Assembly (NCBI GenBank): GCA_019429125.1
Contig: JAHYJO010000010.1
Location: 1 to 52,865 of the forward strand
Direction: 5' to 3'
Source: Nanobdellati archaeon
GTDB lineage: Archaea; EX4484-52; GLR71
DNA: 52,865 bases
The notes beneath the pieces were generated by a model. The model was not told where the DNA came from. It ran no database searches and saw nothing but the letters and a program-made list of their open reading frames with translations. Position numbers and translations under genes: made by a program. Below are positions 46,298 through 52,865 of the stretch, piece by piece (the stretch's first letter is position 1; each line of letters opens with the position of its first letter).

Positions 46298-47362
46298 TTA
46301 TATTTTTAGTTTTTTGCCGTCCACCCAAATATTTGGATTTGTGAAGACCTGATCAAAATGGTAATTGCATTCGTTTTTTCCGCTGAAACTTGTGTTTGAG
46401 CCTATGGCAATATGTGCAGTACCTAATGTTTTTTCATCAACTACCATAAGTCCTATAAGTTTAGCATTTGGATTAAGACCTATACCTAATTCACATAAAG
46501 TGTTTATGTTTTTACTATTTATCATATTTTCAGTTTCAATCTGTGCAATTGTGCTTGAAAGTTTTTTAGATGTGTTTTGTATAATATGGCCATCTTTAAA
46601 TTTTAGTATAAAATCATTTGTTACCAGTTCTGTGCCAAAAAGGTTTTTTTGGGTGCCGTCTATTATAACGGTTCCATTGCTTTTGTTTTCAACAGGAGCT
46701 ATGTATATTTCTCCAAAAGGTAAGTTTGTGCCACCCCAATTGTAATTTCCACAGGCAAGATATGCATGTCTGTCAGTTATATCTAAAATGAGATCTGTGC
46801 CTTTTTTTGTTGTTATACGTATTTGTTTTCCATTATCTAATTGTTTTTTTAATTTAAGTAATTTTTTTGTATCTTTTGATGAATTAAAGGATAGTGCATA
46901 GGTAAAAATATTCCAATCGGCTTTTTTGGTTTTTGAGAGGTCACGTGTGAATATGAGTTTTAAATTTTGTTGTAATACAAAACTTTTGAAATTAGTATTG
47001 TAATGTTTAGGTAAAGTGCCTTCAGTTTCAGATACTGATACAATTACTATGGAGTTGGGTTCAAGAGTCTTTATTTTTTCTAAAATGTCAGTATCAAGCA
47101 TATCAAGACCTGATTTTATATTTTGAATATATATTTTGCAGTTGCAACCTATTTTTTCAAGTGCTTCTTTTTCTTTTTTGGCAAGAAGTGGGGCTAGAGT
47201 ATTTTCATTGTGACCTTTATCAGTAATTATAATGGCTGTGTCACCTTTTTTTATGTCCCAGCCGTTCTTGAGTATTTTGTCAAGGTCTGGGATTTCTAGC
47301 TCAGGGAGGTTTATGATATTGTTATCAGCGTCATTATCCATAATAATCTGCCTTATATTCAA
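46298..47362 (-). CDS. M29-type (thermophilic metallo-) aminopeptidase, paralogue 2
   Basis: GTDL, NLPFGEIYIAP, ELGIGLNP, DEK.LGTAHIAIG, HFD. Confidence 0.88.
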   Translation of the reverse strand: MNIRQIIMDNDADNNIINLPELEIPDLDKILKNGWDIKKGDTAIIITDKGHNENTLAPLLAKKEKEALEKIGCNCKIYIQNIKSGLDMLDTDILEKIKTLEPNSIVIVSVSETEGTLPKHYNTNFKSFVLQQNLKLIFTRDLSKTKKADWNIFTYALSFNSSKDTKKLLKLKKQLDNGKQIRITTKKGTDLILDITDRHAYLACGNYNWGGTNLPFGEIYIAPVENKSNGTVIIDGTQKNLFGTELVTNDFILKFKDGHIIQNTSKKLSSTIAQIETENMINSKNINTLCELGIGLNPNAKLIGLMVVDEKTLGTAHIAIGSNTSFSGKNECNYHFDQVFTNPNIWVDGKKLKI

Positions 47363-47717
47363 TTTTTATTCTTTTTTTTGTGTTTGATGTCTGTTCTGCA
47401 AGCTTTAGCGTGCTGCGCGATTTTTTATTGTTGTTTAGGAAAAGCATGAGCCTATTTCTATAGTCCTCATTTTGAAATTTGTATGTTATTCCTGTCTTTT
47501 TGTTCTTTTTGATATTTATGTCACATAAGGTCAGCCATTTCTTGTAGCCTGTCTCAAATTCTATATGGAAAAGGTGACAACCGCAGTTCTTGTGAAGGTA
47601 TATGGAGAAACTGTTTATGTCTGCAAGGTATAAAGGTAAATCCAGTTCTTTTTTGAATGTGCTTTTATTATCTTTGTTGAATGTGAAAATCCTTAATTTG
47701 TTTTTTGTTTCCATCAA
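47334..47717 (-). CDS. Hypothetical basic protein
   Basis: 127-aa ORF between the two peptidases; HKNCGCH motif. Confidence 0.6.
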   Translation of the reverse strand: MMETKNKLRIFTFNKDNKSTFKKELDLPLYLADINSFSIYLHKNCGCHLFHIEFETGYKKWLTLCDINIKKNKKTGITYKFQNEDYRNRLMLFLNNNKKSRSTLKLAEQTSNTKKRIKIEYKADYYG

Positions 47718-47749
47718 TGTATTTGTTACTTAAATAATTTATAATGGTC

Positions 47750-48874
47750 TTATTGATTTATATTTAGAAGCTGTCCGTCAACTGTAATTCTCGGGTTTGA
47801 AAATACCTGGTCAAGATGTATTATTGCGTAAATTGTTCCGCCGAACCAATAGTTGCTACCGATTGCAATGTGCGCAGTACCCACAACCTTTTCGTCAATG
47901 TTCATAGAACCTATTATCTTTGCATTTGGGTTCAGGCCGATTCCTAATTCTCCAATCCGTCTAACTCCCCAGGGGAATTCAGAGGTCTCATGGGCCCAAG
48001 TAATGGTTTCTTTTAGTTTTTCTGCTTCTTCTCCGCCGGTTATGGAAACTACAGTTCCTTTTTTGATTTCAAGGGTGATGGGTTCTTTAATTAATTGGGT
48101 GCCCTCTTTGATACGTGAGCTTAAGTCAATCACTACTTTTCCTTCAACAAATTTTCCACGGCAGGGTGTATAGACTTCACCTATAGGTACGTTTCCGCCA
48201 GTTCCTGGCGCATCATAAATTCCGTCAACAGATAAAGCCTTTTTATTTCTGATGTTAATATGAAGGTCTGTGCCGAGGTCTGTTGTTATGTGGAGTTCTT
48301 TTCCATTTTGTATAATGTCTTTGATTCGTTGGCAATTCTTGCGCACGGAAGGGTAATCAATGTCTAAAGTGGTAAGTATCTTATCAAGGTCTTCAGTGTT
48401 TATGGTGCCAAGGCTTGGCATTGAGGCAAACCGGTGGCCTTCATGCTTTATGAATGTTCTGAAGCTCTTATCTAAAGAAGCCAAGGCTCCCAATCTGTTT
48501 GATATGGCAATTATTATGGGGCTGTTTTTATTAAGAGTCCTTAATGCGTCAGTAACATTAGAATCTGCAATGTCCCCTTTTTCTTTAGAGTCCTGCAGTA
48601 TTATTTTTACGTTATTGATACCTAGTTTTTTTGCAGTAAGGAAGTAGCCAACACATAATATAGGTGCGATTCGTTTTTTTGCGTAACCTATATCTCCAAT
48701 AATAAGTAAAGTTTCGTCTTTGTTTACTTTTAGGCAGTCAGATATAATCTTTGATAAGTAAGGCATTGATTTTTTTGCAAGAATCAATTCTTTATCTGTT
48801 AAAGCTGTGAGGATATTATCCATAATATATTCCATTGAAAAAATATGTTCAAAGATATATAAATAGGATGACAA
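47750..48874 (-). CDS. M29-type aminopeptidase, paralogue 1
   Basis: GNVPIGEVY, IGELGIGLNP, DEKVVGTAHIAIGSN, HLDQV. The true start is probably at one of the later Met codons (MEYI/MDNIL). Confidence 0.9.
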   Translation of the reverse strand: MSSYLYIFEHIFSMEYIMDNILTALTDKELILAKKSMPYLSKIISDCLKVNKDETLLIIGDIGYAKKRIAPILCVGYFLTAKKLGINNVKIILQDSKEKGDIADSNVTDALRTLNKNSPIIIAISNRLGALASLDKSFRTFIKHEGHRFASMPSLGTINTEDLDKILTTLDIDYPSVRKNCQRIKDIIQNGKELHITTDLGTDLHINIRNKKALSVDGIYDAPGTGGNVPIGEVYTPCRGKFVEGKVVIDLSSRIKEGTQLIKEPITLEIKKGTVVSITGGEEAEKLKETITWAHETSEFPWGVRRIGELGIGLNPNAKIIGSMNIDEKVVGTAHIAIGSNYWFGGTIYAIIHLDQVFSNPRITVDGQLLNINQ

Positions 48875-48890
48875 TTATTTATTGATGTGA

Positions 48891-49316
48891 ATGTTGATGA
48901 CTGAAACCAATAAAAAAATATTAGGGCTTACTGAAGTAGTTTATGTATATGGAGCAAAAAAATGCGCAAAGATTGCGGCAATTTGTGATACTGGAGCAAC
49001 AACAACGTCAATTGATGCAAATATTGCTAAAGATCTTGATTTTGGAGAACCTATCCGTATGACAAGAGTAATGAACCCATCTCTTAATACGAAGTTTAAA
49101 CGAGAAGTTGTAAAGGTCAATCTTGAGATTGCTGGCAGAAAATTTGAGGTGGGTGCAAATGTTCAGGACAGGATGCACATGACACACAAGATGATAATTG
49201 GTCGGGATATATTGTATGGGAATTTTATAGTTGATGTCTCAAAGACGCATGACGGCAACAATCTTAAGACTATAAAAGACAAAGAGACACTTAAAGTAGA
49301 AATATATGAGCTGTGA
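48891..49316 (+). CDS. Retropepsin-like protease of the RimK-associated (Zn_protease) type
   Basis: ILGLTE.V, CDTGATTTSID, DR..M...MIIGRD.L...FIVDVS. Confidence 0.82.
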   Translation: MLMTETNKKILGLTEVVYVYGAKKCAKIAAICDTGATTTSIDANIAKDLDFGEPIRMTRVMNPSLNTKFKREVVKVNLEIAGRKFEVGANVQDRMHMTHKMIIGRDILYGNFIVDVSKTHDGNNLKTIKDKETLKVEIYEL

Positions 49317-49322
49317 ATTGTT

Positions 49323-49970
49323 ATGGTACTTATGACTGAGCATGATTCAAAGAAAATGTTTTCTAGTTATGGGATTAGTGTTACAAAAGAATTTGTTGCT
49401 AAAGATAGGCATGAGGCGTCTGTATATGCGGAGAGGATAGGGTATCCTGTCGTTATGAAAGTCATGTCATCAGACATTGTGCATAAGACTGATTCTGGTG
49501 GTGTTGTCCTTAATATACATGATTCAGATGATGTTTTGAGGGCGTATGACCTTATAATTAAAAATGTTTCAAAATCAAATCCACATGCTAAGATTGAAGG
49601 TGTGATTGTCGAGGAGCAGGTAGCAGGGCATGAAATTATAGTCGGGGCAAAGATTGATCCGCAGTTCGGGCCGGTAATTATGGTAGGTCTTGGTGGGATA
49701 TTTGTCGAGGTGTTAAAAGATGTATCGTTTAGGGTTGTGCCAATAACTGAGAAGGATGCGGATGAGATGATTCACGAACTTAAAGCATTTTCAGTATTAG
49801 AAGGGGTTCGAGGACAGCCTAAAGCTGATATATCAAAGATTATAAAAGCGCTTGTGGCAGTATCTAAATTAGTTCAGGATAATCCGAACATTCAAGAACT
49901 GGATATTAATCCGTTGATGGTTGATAGTAAAAGAGCAGTTGCGGCGGATGCTAGGATTATTGTTGATTGA
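49323..49970 (+). CDS. acdB: ADP-forming acetyl-CoA synthetase beta subunit (ATP-grasp)
   Basis: IGYPVVMK..S.DIVHKTDSGGV, DPQFGPVIMVGLGGIFVE, ELDINPL, DAR. Confidence 0.92.
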   Translation: MVLMTEHDSKKMFSSYGISVTKEFVAKDRHEASVYAERIGYPVVMKVMSSDIVHKTDSGGVVLNIHDSDDVLRAYDLIIKNVSKSNPHAKIEGVIVEEQVAGHEIIVGAKIDPQFGPVIMVGLGGIFVEVLKDVSFRVVPITEKDADEMIHELKAFSVLEGVRGQPKADISKIIKALVAVSKLVQDNPNIQELDINPLMVDSKRAVAADARIIVD

Positions 49971-50019
49971 GATAATCAAGATTTTTATATGTTTGTTTTT
50001 TAATAAAAAATAAAAGTTA

Positions 50020-50278
50020 GTACGTGTTTAGCAAAAAAATAATCAATATGCTCCGGCCGTTATGGTGTGATTCTCAATAAGTTATAATTGTTACAAAATA
50101 AATAGCTAACGCTTAAAAATGTGTTGTTAAAAAATCTTAAAAATTATTTAATCATATTCTTATAAAATCGATAGCTTGCACCCAACGTAAAAAAGTTTAA
50201 ATATAATTATTTCAAAAAATAGTAGTTATCTCTTAAAAAATCAAAATTAAGCAAGACAAAAATTAGCTAAACAAATAC
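50020..50278 (-). mobile_element. MITE family A, copy 3 (diverged, inverted, 259 bp)
   Basis: Ends GTACGTGTTTAGC...GCTAAACAAATAC. Internal blocks (AAAATCGATAGC, AAGACAAAA, AACGTA) are reverse complements of copies 1 and 2. TSD decayed. Confidence 0.8.
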
Positions 50279-50325
50279 AAAATATGAGATAATCAGATGA
50301 AAATAAAAAAAGGGAGAAAAGAGAT

Positions 50326-50721
50326 TTACTCTTTCTTTTCTTCGTCGGTTGCGCCTAAAAGTTCTTCGAGTGTTTTTGGTCCGGCTTTTATTATTTTTGC
50401 GTTTACCTGAGCTGTATCTGAACTGATTGTGTTGCCACGTACGCTTTTTCTTCGCCTTATGCCTTTGTTGTATTTGTATCCGGGACCGTGTGCAATAAGA
50501 ATTCTTTTTCTTGTTGCACCATCGATATCTTTTCTCATGCTGAAACCGTCTTTGTCGGATCCGCCTGTTACTTTAATTTTGTAACCTGGAAGACCTAGAA
50601 GGCCTGCGTCAATCTCATCACCAATCTTTTTACCAATGAATCCTGTGACAGTCTTATCTTCCATTTCTTTTGGGATTGATTTCCCTGTCGTAGGGTCATT
50701 TATAACAAATTTTACAATCAT
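50326..50721 (-). CDS. rps6e: 30S ribosomal protein eS6
   Basis: GKKIGD, TGGSDKDGF.M, RRRKSVRGN; SD AGGTGA. Confidence 0.95.
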   Translation of the reverse strand: MIVKFVINDPTTGKSIPKEMEDKTVTGFIGKKIGDEIDAGLLGLPGYKIKVTGGSDKDGFSMRKDIDGATRKRILIAHGPGYKYNKGIRRRKSVRGNTISSDTAQVNAKIIKAGPKTLEELLGATDEEKKE

Positions 50722-50735
50722 ACATAATCACCTTT

Positions 50736-51320
50736 TTACTTTCCGCGCCTTTTGTTTGCCCTTATAGAAGGTCTTATTTTTTCCGCGCCACGTCCTTTAG
50801 TCCTTACAAGACCTCTGGATTTCTGTCCTGCACCAGTCTTTCCTCTGAATACTCGGTTTGTGCTTGCTGGGTTTGTTATCCATCCGATATCTTTGTCAGA
50901 CTGTATTGCTGGATGATTAGGATCTACAAGAATAACTTCAAACCATTTGAATCGTCCGTCTTCTGCTACATAGTATGAGTTTACAACTTCCATGTTCTTG
51001 TATTTTCTTTGGACTTTCTCTTCGCCAGTCCATTGAAGTGATTTTGCAGGGTTGTAGACATTATAACCGGACTTTTTAGGTTTTCTTCCACCTCTGTCTC
51101 TTGTTCGTTCTCGACCACCACGATTGACTCGAACTCGTGTCATAACAAAACCTTCTTTAGCTTTGTAGCCTAAGCTTCGTGCCCTATCAATTCGTGTCGG
51201 TTTTTCTACACGTTCAATAGTTTCACTACGTCTCCATACAATCAGTCTTTCCTGCCAAAGTGGGCCAAGACTTTTTTTTGGAGTTTTCCATGTGTCTCTA
51301 ATATATTTGTACATTCCCAT
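50736..51320 (-). CDS. rpl15e: 50S ribosomal protein eL15
   Basis: Start MGMYKY behind AGGTGA; [33 protein letters not shown]. Confidence 0.97.
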   Translation of the reverse strand: MGMYKYIRDTWKTPKKSLGPLWQERLIVWRRSETIERVEKPTRIDRARSLGYKAKEGFVMTRVRVNRGGRERTRDRGGRKPKKSGYNVYNPAKSLQWTGEEKVQRKYKNMEVVNSYYVAEDGRFKWFEVILVDPNHPAIQSDKDIGWITNPASTNRVFRGKTGAGQKSRGLVRTKGRGAEKIRPSIRANKRRGK

Positions 51321-51425
51321 TGAATTCACCTTTTTGAACTCAATCCCGTTCAAGCTAAACCCTTTTTGGATTTAATCGTTTATGGGTGCCACAATATCTG
51401 TGTGGCTTGCTCACATCCTAGGATA
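51321..51425 (-). promoter_or_regulatory. Structured 5' leader of rpl15e (candidate ribosomal leader)
   Basis: Hairpins GCCACA/TGTGGC (51388-51406), AAATCC/GGGTTT (51357-51373) and TTGAAC/GTTCAA (51334-51353) just before the SD. Confidence 0.5.
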
Positions 51426-51471
51426 GTATTAATATTTCTAAAAATAAGAATACGCATGATAAATTTTAAGA

Positions 51472-51696
51472 CTAAGCTTTATAAAGGTTTAGATTGATAC
51501 TCCTGTGCTTTTTGTCGTTTAAATTGTTGTTCTTCTCTTTAAGTGTTGTTATTTCTTTTTCAATCTGCTGTTCTTTTTCTTTTATCTTCTTGTCTTTGTT
51601 TTCAAGTGATTCTTCTTCTTTTTTTAGTTTGTGTATCTTGTTTTTTAGGTGCTGGTCTTTTAGAGTAATTGTATGTCTTGTGTATCTGGTTATCAT
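51472..51696 (-). CDS. Small coiled-coil protein
   Basis: 74 aa, K/E-rich heptads. Confidence 0.4.
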   Translation of the reverse strand: MITRYTRHTITLKDQHLKNKIHKLKKEEESLENKDKKIKEKEQQIEKEITTLKEKNNNLNDKKHRSINLNLYKA

Positions 51697-51967
51697 GTTT
51701 TTTTATAAAAAGTGACATTTGTCAAATAGGTTTTCAGAATTAAATAGTGCTAAACTGTCAAACTTTAAGATATAATTATATGCTGAGATTGTTTAATTTT
51801 ATAATATCATTGGTTATATAATTTGCATTTAAATATCTCAAAAGTGCAATAGTATAATTTCGTGTGTTTTTGCTCACAATATGCGCCTTTATCTGATATT
51901 TATGAGGCAAAGAAATAAAAATGATATAAACCATTATTATATAGATAAATAAGGGTCAAGGATTGAT

Positions 51968-52474
51968 ATGGATTATAAGATTAAGTTTCTGGGAAAAGAT
52001 GCAATTTTAAAGGTTGAGAATGATGAGGGCGCAAAGGCAATGATAGATAAAGATAACCTTGTCCTTTCGTCGGCTTTTGCTATGATAACCCCTGACAATA
52101 ATGTGCTTGATAAATGGAATGTCAATTATTATAACGGTACAACTGATGAACTTACTAACTTTCTGGTCACACAGGATTCGGTTGAGCATATTGAAACATC
52201 TAAAAGGGTGCACACTACAGAGGTCAAACCAATTGATTTGTCTAATGTCGCTATACCTATCACAATGATACTGTCTTGCGCTATGGTTCGGTCTGAGCTT
52301 GAATTTCCGCATGAGCCAAATAAGGTTTTCATAACACTCCATCACAATGATGAATACAAGAATGAGTGCTGGACCATTACATTATTTAGCACTAATCTGT
52401 TTTTGTACAAGATTAAGATTGATGCGATAGATGGTAAGATAATCAGTTCTGAGGTCAAGCATCTGTTAAAATGA
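51968..52474 (+). CDS. Hypothetical protein with a PepSY-like C-terminus
   Basis: W.V.YYN and W.I......IKIDAIDGKII patterns. Confidence 0.7.
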   Translation: MDYKIKFLGKDAILKVENDEGAKAMIDKDNLVLSSAFAMITPDNNVLDKWNVNYYNGTTDELTNFLVTQDSVEHIETSKRVHTTEVKPIDLSNVAIPITMILSCAMVRSELEFPHEPNKVFITLHHNDEYKNECWTITLFSTNLFLYKIKIDAIDGKIISSEVKHLLK

Positions 52475-52485
52475 GTGATTTTTCC

Positions 52486-52654
52486 GGCACTGTCCATTTT
52501 TTGAGTTATTTCAAACAGAATGTAGTTAAATTAAATACCTTTATTTCTTTTGTAATTCGACGTGAAATGTGTATATTAAATGGATTTCTGTAGGAGTTTA
52601 TATACAAACAATATCTAAAAAATATTCAAAATCACTCACTTTTTGAACAGTGCC
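52486..52654 (+). mobile_element. MITE family B, copy 2 (169 bp)
   Basis: Highly similar to 30748-30915, same TIRs; exact 8-bp TSD ATTTTTCC. Confidence 0.92.
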
Positions 52655-52797
52655 ATTTTTCCGAAATTTTTATATATTTTGTGTGTCTAATATATACCAT
52701 GTTTACTGACTTTAGTATGAATGTTGTTGAATTTAATCTATAGTCAATGCGATAAATACTTAGAAACTATATATACATCAAAAACTAAATATCTAGT

Positions 52798-52865
52798 ATG
52801 AAAGATATACCTTTTACCTCTGAAAACATTATTGATGCAATCAATAATGAAACTGATAAATTTGC
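52798..52865 (+). CDS. 5' end of a CDS truncated by the window edge
   Basis: ATG ~25 nt after GAAACTATATATA; open to the end (MKDIPFTSENIIDAINNETDKF). Confidence 0.55.
   Translation, partial: MKDIPFTSENIIDAINNETDKF

Noticed and set aside
27553-49970. acdA and acdB separated by ~20 kb as a novelty
   Set aside because: Unlinked alpha and beta ACD genes are known in archaea.
1-52865. tRNA/rRNA genes, and a precise GC-skew switch point
   Set aside because: No cloverleaf or rRNA-like tract seen. The + strand looks G/T-rich in the right half, but the inflection cannot be located by eye.

Overview
AT-rich archaeal chromosome segment. The archaeal histone, PolD, Cdc6/Orc1, AglB, eS6/eL15 and BRE-TATA promoters are visible directly; a DPANN affiliation is my inference. 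The left third mixes an N-glycosylation locus (aglB, aglH-like GPT, WbpB/D/E-like sugar enzymes) with accessory modules (two archaeal AAA ATPases, SWIM + pRiA4b-ORF3, RelBE, MNT-HEPN, a disrupted BRO-family gene, a decayed hicBA). The centre is a replication block: histone, hjc, cdc6, an ORB-containing origin, dcd/dut, endoQ, polB (DP1), polC (DP2) and a second ORB-like cluster. Other genes include secDF, pyrG, acdA/acdB, two aminopeptidases, rps6e and rpl15e. Features missing from the ORF track: two MITE families with perfect 8-bp target duplications, a family of short hairpin repeats (flanking an ATPase gene, and possibly related to a hairpin insertion inside a coding sequence), a box C/D guide RNA aimed at 23S rRNA, other candidate structured RNAs, small unannotated ORFs, probable non-ATG starts, and a PfkB kinase with a PCNA-binding-like tail. 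I found no tRNA, rRNA, CRISPR array or intact transposase. All family calls come from motif recognition only; no searches were run.
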